NCBI GenBank assembly: GCA_031763465.1
Contig: JARFOE010000192.1
Location: forward strand, 5,666,041-5,715,701
DNA: 49,661 nucleotides
Direction: 5' to 3'
Source of the DNA: Squatina squatina
Lineage: Eukaryota
Positions 12,768 through 25,550 of this stretch are shown in pieces. The first letter of the stretch is position 1, and every line of letters begins with the position of its first letter. The translations under genes were made by a program, and so were the position numbers. The notes under the pieces are model-generated. The model made no database searches. It saw only the letters and a program-made list of their open reading frames with translations, and was not told the DNA's origin.

Positions 12768-13161
12768 CAGCGCCCGCGACACCTGGTTGTGTCTGCGCAC
12801 ACCAGAGGCAAGGACGGACTTCACCAGACTTCGAAATCAAGTAAAGAGCCGCCTCATCTCGAGCAGGCGCGAGTTCCTGTGCGGGGAGATGGTGTCCGGT
12901 GGCCACCGTCGCTTCTTGCCCCCTTTCAAGAGGTTTGCCGTGACAACCTCGACGCCGGCCGGGAGCGCATCTGCGGCGAGCCCTGAGGACGCCGCAACGG
13001 CTGCGGACGAGCTCAACCGCCACTTCTCCTCCGTGGGAACCCGAATCGCCACCGACCTGCGGGGCGCAGTCATCGCCGGCAGCAAGAAGCCCAGACCGCC
13101 CACCGTCTGTGCAGCCAGCTTCTCCTTCCGACCGGCGACGCTCCCGGAGCTCTCCCGGTGT
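12768..13161 (+). mobile_element. Non-LTR retrotransposon ORF2 linker (between endonuclease and RT), GC/CpG-rich, open frame
   Basis: FTRLRNQVKSRLISSRREF...ADELNRHFSSVGTRIA...SFSFRPATLPEL matches the RNxV / (F/L)NxHFxSVG / FxFxPxT..E pattern of Jockey/CR1/L2-group LINE ORF2. Confidence 0.7.
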
Positions 13162-13237
13162 AGGGGAGCTCTCCCGGTGTCCCGGAGCTCTCCCGGTGTC
13201 CCGGCCCTCTCCCGGTGTCCCGGAGCTCTCCCGGTGT
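13143..13237. repeat. 19-bp tandem repeat x5 (cccggagctctcccggtgt)
   Basis: Units start at 13143, 13162, 13181, 13200 and 13219. Confidence 0.95.
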
Positions 13238-13412
13238 CCCGGCCAGCCTTTATCCTGCAACCACCACCAAAAAAATACATCAACCGTCATTCATCTCGTC
13301 GCTGATTACGGGATCTTGCTGTATGCAAATTGGCTGCTACATTTGCCTCCAGGACAGTGACTACATTTCTAAAATAATTTGTTGGCTGTAAAGCACTTTG
13401 GGACATCCTGAG
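13238..13412 (+). mobile_element. Deu-SINE (SacSINE1-like), 3' part
   Basis: ggccagcctttatcctgcaacc...tgctgtatgcaaattggctgc...gtgactaca...ggctgtaaagcactttgggacatcctgag. Confidence 0.8.
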
Positions 13413-14850
13413 TCTTTCTTTTCTGGACCAGACGTTGACTGAAGTAACGAGGGGCAGTGTGTGGTAACATATTGCATACCTGCGAGCAGGTTCCAATGGA
13501 CTGGGCATGGACCACAGAAGGTCAGTGCTGCTGAGAAAAGGCCAGGCCAAAGCTGAGATGGTGGAACTGAGTCCAAGAAGCCCCGAATGGGAAAACTACT
13601 AACAGTAGACAGCTGCAGGAACTGGCACACAGAAAGTGTAATGGTGAACTTTCACTGCGTCTATGACCAGCTGAGTTATGATGAATGATTGACTCGGTTA
13701 CTGCAAGCAGGCTATTCTCACTACTTTAGCATTGGCCACTCTGTTTCCCAGCTGATTGACTCTGTTATTATAACAATGACGTGGTCCACAATGATTGTTT
13801 CACATAAAGGTTTCAGGTCTATTTTATCTTGAAAAAATCCATTCTGCTACAGATAGATATTTTCTCAGAGACAGCCGGCAGAATTGCTGGAGCTGGACAC
13901 CGGAAAGTATTACAAACATGATATCGTAGGAATCATAGGGTTAAATGCTCAAGGACTCAGCTGGTTCTAAAGCAGCATTCTGGTAAGCACAGCAATTGCA
14001 AATATATTCAGGCAACACCCATATAAATGTGCTTGTTCCTACAGTTAATATTATTTATGACAAGAATGATTTATTTACTGTGGTTTATTTTGTTTAAAAC
14101 TGCACGATCTTCACAAAATTGTTCAGATCTTTTTTCACAAATGCACAATGCTGCGACATAAATATATATCGAAATGCATGAAGTCAGCAAATGATTCACC
14201 AAACCCATTTTTCATCAAAGCAAGTATCTTTAACTTAATTCAGTAATACAGCTCCAGTACAATACTGCTCCAAAGGTCCAAATATTTCTGTATTAATCAA
14301 TGATTGCGTACTGCTATATCGTAGCATAGTGGTATGCATTCACTGAGCTCTTAAACACAATTAACTCAGGAGCAAACAGGTCCTATTTATGGCTTCAGGC
14401 TCCATTTAGAAATCAAGTTCATTTATGCATTGTAATCTTACATTAACAATTTATTAACATTAGAATTAATTGCAGATATCTCACTTAATTATGAGATACT
14501 GCAGCAAGTGTTGCCATGACACACCTTTAAAAAGTCATTCTGAACGGCTGCTGTCAAATCCTATGCTGTAAACAAGCCATTGTGAGAGAAGATTTCATGG
14601 AAAGTTCAGTTATTGTGCTGCAAAATACATCCGAAAGACATATGTAAAGCAAGTAATGGTAAATATTATACTCAAATTATCAAACATCTTTTCACTGTCC
14701 TGGTGAGCGAATGGTTGACATTTTTTTGATTTGTTTACAGAGTAACACGGCACAATGTTGCTTATGCATGGCATCACGCAGCTTTTCCTTCCCAAACAAA
14801 TAGAAATTGGGAAGTACATTGTTAAAAAGATGGTGTTCCATTAAGAATTA

Positions 14851-15025
14851 TGCAAAATCCTGCAAATCAATTGGCAGGATAAACGCACCAACGTCAGCGT
14901 CCTCATTCAGGCCAACATCCCCAGTGTCGAAGCCCTGGTCACACTCAACCAACTGCGATGGGCCGGTCACGTCGTCCGCATGCCTGATTCAAGACTCCCG
15001 AAATAGGCGCCATACTCCGAACTCC
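14851..15025 (+). mobile_element. RTE-clade LINE ORF C-terminal fragment
   Basis: CKILQINWQDKRTNVSVLIQANIPSVEALVTLNQLRWAGHVVRMPDSRLPK*. Confidence 0.9.
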
Positions 15026-17739
15026 NNNNNNNNNNNNNNNNNNNNNNNNNNNNNNNNNNNNNNNNNNNNNNNNNNNNNNNNNNNNNNNNNNNNNNNNNNN
15101 NNNNNNNNNNNNNNNNNNNNNNNNNTCTGCGAGCGTTCAGCACCTGTGAGGGCACAAAAGAAGGTGTCCCGCCTTGTCAATCATAAGATGTGTCTTAGCA
15201 ATGGCAGGTGACCTGTCAAGCCAGAAAGGGCACTGAAAATGAGGCATTATACCCCTTTACAGTGATACTGTCAGATTGCAGAGTATAATGCTGCAATGCT
15301 GGCCCCAGTAACTGAGCAGGATGACTCCTCTCGGCAGTATTATAAAGTCAACCGTCAGTGTTACTTGGAGCTGAGTTGTGTGATGGTCAATTGAGTGAGA
15401 TTGAGTTGACAACTTCAAGTGCCGCTATGACTAACATGACACATTCCTCTAAGGCTCACCCTGTAGAAATTCTGTTATCAGAATCTGATCAAAAATATTC
15501 GTGAAGCTGCAAAAGAGTTATTGTGCAAATATTATTTTGTAGTGATGTAAACAATTTTAAGTTGGCTTTTAATATACAAAAGAATGAATATATTTTAATT
15601 TTTTTGTTTGAACATTTGTTTCAGAATCTAATGATCTGTTTGCAATCCATTTTCTTCAAAGTAGGTAGCCACTTATTCTTTCAAAATTAGAAAGATACAA
15701 ATCCAATGAATAGCAATTCCCAGCACTTTCACTGTTTGACACTTCTGGTGCTCTTATTTTCTAGGTTTTCAGCTTTAAAATGCATTTATGCTGAAACTAG
15801 TTTGGTTGGTGACAGTCAGTTAGTAAAAATGTTCCATATTATGCACAAGTTATGAAATATTGCTTTTTCTTTCAATATGGTCCATTCAATATAATTAAGA
15901 TGAATATTTTATTTCAAAAATTGCTGAATAAAATTACAAACTATGTATAAGTATCAGTGTATGTCAGTGAAAGTTATTAAACCTTATTTCCAATAAAGCT
16001 GAAACAGCACAAAAGAGAGTTCCACACCCGAATATTTTGTCCTAAATGATGGTTCAGTCATCTGTCACTGTGCCATTAGTTACATTTAATACATTGCAGA
16101 GCAACAGTAATTACTGGAAGTAGCATACCGTAATCAGTAGTAAAAGTATTGTAACGTAATCCCATACCAAATGATCAAGAGAGGTTTCTTAACCAAATCT
16201 GGCAGTAAATAATCTGGGAAAGGATTCTTGGCTATCTGTTGTGTGTGGTGATGCAGTTAGAGACCTTAGTCATGGAGACATTGGTGAAGTAATTCCTTGC
16301 TTGGTTACCTGCGCCCCTCCCTCTCTACCTTACTAATGCAACTCTCTTTGCTCATCCTTCCCTCTTACTCTTTCTGCTTGATGTCACTTCACTATATCCT
16401 CCCTATTTCTGTTCTCCTCCCACCCCACTGCTGTTAAGTAACATACATTAAAATATGACTTTTACTGATTATTCACACACCACCATAACATTTTTACCTG
16501 CTTTTAACCATCAAAGCCAACTAGTATTCTATTGAATACACCTTTATCTTCAAAATGAAAGTATTCTTCTCAGCAACATGCATTGAATATATTTATTTCC
16601 ACAGTATAAAATGTTCTCCAGGACTAAGGACAGATTGCTATTTTTTTTTCAATTTTTAATTCAATACTTTGTAAACATTCAGAAAAACCCTCCATGTTAT
16701 ATAAGCTTTGACAGAAGATCCATTTTCTCTTATAATGATTGAATTTGTGATAGTTCAACACAGGTGTATTATTTGCTTGTAACNNNNNNNNNNNNNNNNN
16801 NNNNNNNNNNNNNNNNNNNNNNNNNNNNNNNNNNNNNNNNNNNNNNNNNNNNNNNNNNNNNNNNNNNNNNNNNNNNNNNNNNNTTTAATTGATTTAAGAA
16901 CAAAAAAGTCCAGTAATGCATGCATGCTGCACTTTAACGGTATTGCATATATATAATCCAACCTATAGCTCTTAGCTATTCTATTTCTTCCCTTTCACCT
17001 CAAATTAGCTGATATTCAAGACCTTACAATTATCGCAGTCTGCAATCAGGAACACAACAGTACTTAAATTCTAGTTTAAAAGTACACTTTGAAAGATTAT
17101 CTGTAGTATGTTTAAGTAGCTGGGTAATTAGTGTTTTTCTAATATGTCACCCTCATGAGAATCACGCTGGCTCCTTGACGTTCATCACAAAGGTTGCTCG
17201 AAGCAAGCATTGGTGGGAAATTTTAAACTCAACCATTTTAAACATTAACTTCTGTTTGACACTGCTCCAGCTATTTAAACTTGCTCCAGCTATGTATCAT
17301 AATGAATGCTCATTAATACTAAGCCACAGAACAACAACATCTGCTTTATTATTTTTGATGTCTAAGCCAGAATAGCTTTAATGTGTTCATACTATTTCTG
17401 AACATGCATATTTTAGATGTGCACAAGGTTAGAACTTCACAAGCTAATTGCAAACATTTTACACCAAGAGAAACATGGTCATGCGTATTCATTTATTATA
17501 TAATTTTACTGAACCACAAACATCAGTCACAGCTTTTTTTTGAAGCGAATACCATAGCAGCAGTGCTAATGACCCTGTGTAAAATGTGTATTATAAAAGA
17601 ATTGCCTGCACATCTTTAAAACAACATTTCTAAAACAATTAGCCTGAAAGTTGGTGTGAATAATGTTCTCATACGAACGCTTGATATCAAATTCCTCTCC
17701 TCCTTAAAAGAGGCGTTAACCCATTTTTTTCAATAAGTT

Positions 17740-18793
17740 AACAGCGACATCTAAATCGCTGAGGCAGGACTTTAAAGCAAATGTCTCAAGTTTACTATAA
17801 TTTCAGGCTGTTGCCTGCACATAGCACTTAACCTCAACTGGGGAGACATCGCAAATGCCAGTTCTGTGGCTGATCAGTGCAAGCCCGCAGAACCGGCTTT
17901 TGCAATCTGTCAAGATTCTTCTTGACAGATTCAATGCTTAGGCTGCGTAACTGATGCGTAACTGATCCCAACGCTGAGATTTGCGAGATTTTTGCGCTGG
18001 AAATCTGTTAAAGATTTTATGCATGGTAAAACCTAGCGTATCTGCTTGGTTTTACCAGCGCAAGAGTTGTTAAAAAATTTAAAATCAAAAAGATTATTGG
18101 GACATTACTTTAAAACCATTCCCAGTAAGGTAAATATGTTTTTAAACATTTTAAAATATATATTTTTTTAATTTCAAAATTTTTTTTTGGTGTTATTTAT
18201 CTCCTTTTTATTCAATTTTAATGTTAGAATAGTTTTAAAAATGTTTTGGGATGTGTTTGTGTTGTTTTTCATCTTTTATTGAAGTTTTGANNNNNNNNNN
18301 NNNNNNNNNNNNNNNNNNNNNNNNNNNNNNNNNNNNNNNNNNNNNNNNNNNNNNNNNNNNNNNNNNNNNNNNNNNNNNNNNNNNNNNNNNCAGTAAGCTA
18401 AGTATGTTTTTAAACATTTTAAAAGATTTTTTTTTAAATTTCAAAGAAAAATGTTTGTGTTATTGATCTCCTTTTTATTAAATTTTAATGTTTGAATAGT
18501 TTTTAAAATGCTTTTGGATGTGTTTGTGTTGTTTTTCATCTTTCATTGAAGTTTTGACAGATCGCTGAGAACTGTCAGAAGGTCAATGAAAAATACACCT
18601 ACCTGATTGGTTGGGGCCTCCCAGGTGACCTCTCCAGCCTCTTTGCTCGATGTGCCCGGGAATCTACAGAGCCCCGCTCCGAATCTCCAACTCGCAAGAT
18701 CACATGGATTGAGGACCCTTAGGTAAGTACGTAGAGATTTTTGCAATTGGAGGCCTCCGCACGCAGGAAGCCTCCGATCGCAAGTTCAGGGCC
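17740..18793. mobile_element. Non-autonomous DNA-transposon-like repeat with internal and subterminal hairpins (spans a gap)
   Basis: Perfect 12-bp inverted repeat at 17904-17931; imperfect IR ttgcaattggaggc/gcctccgatcgcaa near the end; shares cttgcaatctgtcaag-like motif with 42530-42547. Confidence 0.55.
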
Positions 18794-20349
18794 AATATTG
18801 TGTCAGCTGGTGGCTTAAGTCAGATTCTAGAACACTTAACTTTCCTTAAATTGCGAAAGTAAAATACATTTTATTAAAATAAACAAGCACTCTAAACCAA
18901 TGTTTTTTTTCTGATAAAATCCAGTAATTTTTATTAGTCTGGTTCAACTCACTGCTATGTACATCATATAAGTAGTGAATGGACAGTTATAAATCCATGC
19001 ATCTAGTTGAAGAAAAGATGACAACTGAAAGCAATTGAGATTACAAAACAAAAGAACTAATACCTAGTTGTCACCAAAGGCCAACTCCACTCTTTGAAAA
19101 AAGAAACATTCTGTGATCCAATAACGTGACCAGAAATTCAAACTTGCAGTTACGTTTCCAAATTACTGATACTGACTGCTCTGATGCAGGCTTTGTAATT
19201 ATATCAGGAAACAATGTATTGTTATTACAGCTTTTATTAAAGATCTACGGTGATTGAAAGCTGGAATTATTAGATAAGAAACAAGACTTCACTACATAAT
19301 GAGATTGCAATGATTTGTCTAATTTTAGCCAGCAGCCTTTGTGAGGACTCTGTTGAAGGTGTAGTACAGGAGCGCTGCATTGCCATCACACAACACAGTC
19401 GAGCTTATTTGCTTTCTCGCTTGATACTACTGATTGGGGCAAATGAAAATAACAAATTAAATGCTCAGCACTGCTAAATATCTTTTTTTCAATTCAAGAA
19501 GAATATTTTCACAGACCATACGCACTTCAATAGGCAGCTGATGTAATAAAGAGAATTTGAACTCCCTCCTCCTCTGTTTCTGGCTAGAAGTAACTGTTTG
19601 TCAATGCTTATTTTTGATTCGTAGTGTATGAACTTTGGATTTGGAAGTTATCATTCCTGCCTTTCTTGTTTTGATTCCTACGTTTAATTTGAACCAATCT
19701 TGTGAAATGTGATAATGAAATTTGCATATATAAAAGTGTGATGTATGAAGTCTGACACCCAAATTGTGACACCTGCGTGCGATGCCTCCCGTGTGACAGA
19801 TGAAGTTTGATAGACATCATCCTGGACACAACACTGTTATATATGTTTAACGTACGAGTTAAATCATTAAGGCAGTAAATTAGTGGAAGAACAAGCCCCA
19901 TTTTTTTCCTAATTGCCAGCTATCTGTTATAAAATATTTTTATGCAACTAAGAAAGTTGTGTGATCTGGCTGCATAACTTTACAGTACTGCCAGATGGCT
20001 TGAGGATGAGTTGAATAATGCTTTCTTTTCTCCCATTCCCCTGTGCTAAAATGGAACAATTCATACCTGCATTATGTTGCATTTAACAGATGATATGGGA
20101 AGTGAGGAGCTTCACCCAACTGAGGCAAATTAGCTTGAGTGACAAATTATTCATGACAAGGTTTTAATTTCAACAGTTTAGTCCTTAACTTAATAGATCA
20201 GTCTGCCTTTAATGTACTTTGCAATAAACATGAGCAAACTGACTTTATTTTATTTAAAAATGTACAATATGACCCAAACCTTTCAGGCTGAATGCTGGAA
20301 TCAGACCTTTCAAATCTCTTCCCTCACCTCCTAAATGCACTGAGTAAAT

Positions 20350-20660
20350 AGAGTTGAGGTACAGACCAACCATGATCTAAATAAATAGTGGGCCAGACTC
20401 AAGGGGCTGAATGGCCTACTCCTGTTCCTACATTCCTCATCATCATCTATAAAACCCTCCATGGTCTTACCCCTCACTGCTTCTGAAACTTTCTTCTGCC
20501 TATTATGTGTCTTTCTATCTCCTTTGCATGCCCCTATCTTCACTATTGGCTGAGCTATTTCAGCCCCTCACTCTGGAACATTCTACCTAAATTCCTGAAC
20601 CTCATTGGCTCTCTATCAAAGGATTCCTGAAAACTTACCTCTTTGATTATGCCATGATCT
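20350..20660 (+). mobile_element. CR1 3' tail followed by decayed L2 3' fragment
   Basis: aaggggctgaatggcctactcctgttccta, then aaaaccctccatggtcttacccct...ctctggaac. Confidence 0.6.
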
Positions 20661-21223
20661 CAACCCTTATTCTTCTCCCACCACTGCTCAGTATTTGGTT
20701 ATTTTCATCTCCATGAAGTTCTTTGAATGTGTATTGTGGGAGCAAAAGTCTATGTTACCCAAATTCGCAGTCTGGGCGATANNNNNNNNNNNNNNNNNNN
20801 NNNNNNNNNNNNNNNNNNNNNNNNNNNNNNNNNNNNNNNNNNNNNNNNNNNNNNNNNNNNNNNNNNNNNNNNNNNNNNNNNTGTAGAGAAAGTGAAACTT
20901 TAATACTCTGTACTATTCACAAAGCATTTTACTGTTCTCATTTTCTAGACTTACAGTAGAAAGTAACTGGTGCATGATCACCTTCTCTGTCTAGATCATT
21001 TAAAAAAAAATGACAAAGCCTCCTACCAGATAAGACATAGTTTGAATTAAACATTATTTCTGTTACCTTGTGGGAGATCTGCCATTTCAGGACCCAGACA
21101 AAGCAGAGAGCTGAACATTGAATACAGAGTTATGAATCCAGCAATGAATTGACTTTCTAGTGCTGGATGTCAATCCTGTGTCTTTCTCTTTAAATGAAGG
21201 TTATGTGAACTGTGAGAGTGTCA

Positions 21224-21401
21224 GGATAGACTTTAATTTTTGGTGGTGGTGGAAAGCGGGCTCTAGTGGATCGTCAGCTCATGATACACGCTGCCTGATT
21301 TTCCTCTCCGTTGACTGAAAGGAAAATCTTACGAGGTGTATAACGGGTGGCCAATCTGTTACAGCCCATTTTTCACCATCACCAAAAGTTAAATGCTACC
21401 C
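21224..21401. mobile_element. Palindromic MITE (~180 bp)
   Basis: Left arm ggatagactttaatttttggtggtggtggaaagcgggct...gattttcct pairs with right arm aggaaaatc...agcccatttttcaccatcaccaaaagttaaatgctaccc. Confidence 0.75.
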
Positions 21402-22232
21402 TCCAGTCTCATATTTTCTTGCTTGGATAAAAAATAGGGATAACAATAATGTTTTCATTGTAATTTATGACCTCATAACTAAATCACAGGAAAGCATGCT
21501 TTTGAAATGTGCGATTCTTGAGAAGATGATTTTGTTAGCAATAATGAAAATAGGAGCCCATTATGACCCATCGGTTACAATGATTTATTAAAATTTTCAA
21601 GTCACTTAATCAGCATAAATTACCCAAAATTCACAGATTCATAGAGTGCATAATTGTTGTGATGAATACATCAATAAAAATGAAAAAAAATCTCAGTTTT
21701 TTCACAAAATGTTATATATTCTCAGGGGTAGGGCACCACAGTGGTTACGTTACTGGACAATAATCCAGAGGCTGGGACTAATGATCTGCAGACATCGGCC
21801 GGAATCTTGTTGGCGCTGCGAGTGCGAGTTTGGAGGCAGGTCCGCTGACAAAACGGCCATGATTGACAATGGGTGGAAGTTTGCTCTGAACCTGCCTGCT
21901 TGTTAATTTCCCGAGTGCCAGTTCAGCCTGTGGTCTGCAGACCTGGCACTAAGTGGCGGGTCAGGCAATTGAGATACTTAAGAAGCTGCTTAAAGATATT
22001 TAAGCAGCATTTTACCAGGTCCTAGCAATTTTTCCAAGTTTTTTACGACTTTCACGGCGCTCAGAGATCACGTCAGGTAAGTGTGTCGGGTTCTCAATGA
22101 TTCTCAGTTGTTGTGAATAGTTGATAGCTGCAAAAGTGGTATAAAAGCTACCATTTCACAGCAGTTCAATTCAAATCCTAGAAGCTGGAGCTTTCAGGAT
22201 TTGGAATACACTTTTCAGCTTTATGGAGGTTT

Positions 22233-22853
22233 NNNNNNNNNNNNNNNNNNNNNNNNNNNNNNNNNNNNNNNNNNNNNNNNNNNNNNNNNNNNNNNNNNNN
22301 NNNNNNNNNNNNNNNNNNNNNNNNNNNNNNNNNNNNNNNNNNNNNNNNNNNNNNNNNNNNNNNNNNNNNNNNNNNNNNNNNNNNNNNNNNNNNNNNNNNN
22401 NNNNNNNNNNNNNNNNNNNNNNNNNNNNNNNNNNNNNNNNNNNNNNNNNNNNNNNNNNNNNNNNNNNNNNNNNNNNNNNNNNNNNNNNNNNNNNNNNNNN
22501 NNNNNNNNNNNNNNNNNNNNNNNNNNNNNNNNNNNNNNNNNNNNNNNNNNNNNNNNNNNNNNNNNNNNNNNNNNNNNNNNNNNNNNNNNNNNNNNNNNNN
22601 NNNNNNNNNNNNNNNNNNNNNNNNNNNNNNNNNNNNNNNNNNNNNNNNNNNNNNNNNNNNNNNNNNNNNNNNNNNNNNNNNNNNNNNNNNNNNNNNNNNN
22701 NNNNNNNNNNNNNNNNNNNNNNNNNNNNNNNNNNNNNNNNNNNNNNNNNNNNNNNNNNNNNNNNNNNNNNNNNNNNNNNNNNNNNNNNNNNNNNNNNNNN
22801 NNNNNNNNNNNNNNNNNNNNNNNNNNNNNNNNNNNNNNNNNNNNNNNNNNNNN
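22233..22853. other. Assembly gap (621 N); about 26 further 100-N gaps across the window
   Basis: N runs visible directly. Confidence 0.99.
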
Positions 22854-23126
22854 TCTCAATAGTCGACAAGTGGGTTCTGAATTTAGTGGCTATGAAGTGC
22901 TTTGGAACGTCGGGTGGTCGTGAAAGGCCTTGTGGAAATGCAAGTCTCTCTTTTTCTTTCTCAACGCCAATCCGACACCCTCACAGTCACTTTTACTGAC
23001 ACCAGCTTTCTATTTCTAGATTTTAAAAAAATCTAAATTAAAATTCCAAAACATTTTTTAACTCAAGTGCTCTGGATTATTAGCCTCAGGACCATCAGTC
23101 CAGTAAGGTAACCACTATGTCTTTTC

Positions 23127-23510
23127 ATGGAATACTTGGAACATACTTTACTCCAGTCCTACTCAGGTCCCCTCCCTCACCTCTTTTTCTGGTACATTGA
23201 TGACTATATCGGTGCTGTTTCCTGCTCTCGCCCCGAACTAGAAAATTTCATCCACTTTGCTTCCAATTTCTACCCTTCCCTCACCTTCACATGGTCCATC
23301 TCTGACTCATCCCTTCCCTTCCTCGACTTCTCTGTCTCCATGTCTGGGTACAGTCTGTCCACCGACATCTACTTTAAGCTCGCCGACTCCCACTGCTGCC
23401 TTGATTACACTTCCTCCCACCTTGTTTCCTGGAAGGACTCTATTCCAGTTCTCCATGTTTCTCCCTCTCGGTGGCATCTGTTCTGACGATGCCACCTTCC
23501 ACACTAGTGC
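23127..23510 (+). mobile_element. Penelope-like element reverse transcriptase fragment
   Basis: FFWYIDDYIG...FASNFYPSLTFTWSIS..SLPFLD..DIYFK..DSH..LDYTSSH...KDSIP: YIDD catalytic motif plus PLE-typical downstream motifs. Confidence 0.9.
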
Positions 23511-23511
23511 T

Positions 23512-23647
23512 TATAGAATCATAGAATGGTTACAGCATGGAAGAAGGCCATTCGGCCCTTCGAGCCCGTGCTGGTTCTCAGCTAGTCCCCCACCCCCGCC
23601 CTTTCCTCGTAGCCCTGCAATTTTTTTCCTTAAGATACTTATCCAAC
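23512..23647 (-). mobile_element. CR1 LINE 3' end
   Basis: tagaatcatagaat...aggccattcggccc, the reverse of the CR1 tail. Confidence 0.8.
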
Positions 23648-23779
23648 NNNNNNNNNNNNNNNNNNNNNNNNNNNNNNNNNNNNNNNNNNNNNNNNNNNNN
23701 NNNNNNNNNNNNNNNNNNNNNNNNNNNNNNNNNNNNNNNNNNNNNNNACTGAATCAGTTATCATATAACCCTGAGTAAG

Positions 23780-24560
23780 CTACCTTCCGAATTCAATCGA
23801 GTTGGATTTGTTTTCGTGAGTGTCAAACATAACCTTTTCAATTTCTATCTTTTGCCCCCATTCGGAATGACCATAAATGGTTAAAAAGTCAGGGAAACAG
23901 GCGCCGGAAATTGGGGTGTAAGCGTTTTTGTCGATATTGGAGTATCTGAATTGACAAATTCCAATGCATGGGGTTTTTTTCCCCCTCATGTTCATTTTCT
24001 CAGACTTTCCAATGGCAAAATTGTTGCAATGTGAACTAGGCTGACCTGTATGTTCTCGCAACTTCTCACATTCACGTCGCGTGTATTTTAACATCAGCAC
24101 AAATGTTACCAAGGAATCTTCAGCGGGCTCAGACCGCAACAAAATCTACCAGCTTTCTATTGATGGCCGTGGTAACCTTTCCATTTGGAATGGAAATTGC
24201 TCTCCTGTCAGTCTGATGATAAAATTGGTGTTTTAACTCAAGGCAGGAAAATGTACACAACGGGAACTGAGCACTTGGACAACGCGCGTTACCATTAAAG
24301 CACAATTGTATCTGTATCGTTAAAAAAAAACAGCCACAGCAAGCAGTGCTTGCAAATGCAAATAATTGATCTGCAAAAGTAAGTTTAACATTCAGCCACA
24401 ATCCGATTCTATATATAGATATGCAGCGAGCCAGCCGTTCTCATTAACTAAATGAATGTTGGATCAGTTTCTGGACTATCATTTCCCTGCTTGGACTATC
24501 CGTATACATATATAGTCTGCCACCAATTACTTCACATCACGTCCCCTGAAGACATCAAAG
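23780..24560. promoter_or_regulatory. CpG-enriched, non-repetitive region in the first intron of ZNF804B
   Basis: Many retained CpGs (ggcgccgg, cacgtcgcgtg, acgcgcgtt) in an AT-rich background, on the same contig as exon 1. Confidence 0.4.
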
Positions 24561-24743
24561 CAATATCGAAAACAAAGTGCATCATCAAAAAAAAATCAGT
24601 TTCAATTTCCAAGAAATAAATATTGATTTCGGTGACTGTACATTTTCCAAAAGGTACAATTTACACAGACAAGTGATGCAACTGTAACAACGTAAAATAA
24701 AAAGTTTATTACATATAATTAACTGGAAAGAAAAATGCATTCA

Positions 24744-24911
<168 letters not shown>

Positions 24912-25550
24912 TCAGCAGCCTTACAGGAAAGTGAAAGCAGCAACCCTATCATGCAACACCTAGGCACTGTTTTGCTTCACCATCTAATAAATCTACAAAG
25001 AAGTTAATCCTTTCCACTGACAGCTGTTTTCTTAATTCAGCAGTGAATCACTGTTGTATTCAATTATATGTCCCCTGCTGCTGTAAAGAAAGGATTGCAA
25101 AATTGCTGAAGGGCAGTATTATAGAAGTTGAAATGCATTATATCAGTAAGTTTGAGCAGGAAGTCTGAACTACCTGGGCAAAGTAAGATTTAGCAAAGGG
25201 TGCAAGACACATGTCTGGGGTGTTGTCAACCTCCCGACAGCAATGATGCAGTTGTGTGCACATATAAACAACAACTGGTCTGGAGTAGTGTCACACGTGA
25301 CACTATGGCTACCCTACTGGTAAGTATAATAGACATATTTGCTCGCTAGCAATGTGTATGTTCAATACATTTCTAGAATTCAAACTTTTCTTAGGACTGG
25401 ATTGGATGTCCAACAGGTTGTGAATCCAACAGCTATCGTATGTCAAGCCCCAGACTCTCACATAATTATTATTTTAACAACATATAGTCACATAGAATAC
25501 GGCGTGCATCGATTGTTAGAATGATTTGCTGAGTTATGTTAGCAACACTG

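Noticed and set aside
13143-13237. Short direct-repeat array resembling CRISPR
   Set aside because: Units are contiguous with no spacers, there are no cas genes, and the context is eukaryotic.
22171-22999. Long ORFs of 212-258 aa, and many other X-containing ORFs
   Set aside because: They are open only because they run through N gaps.
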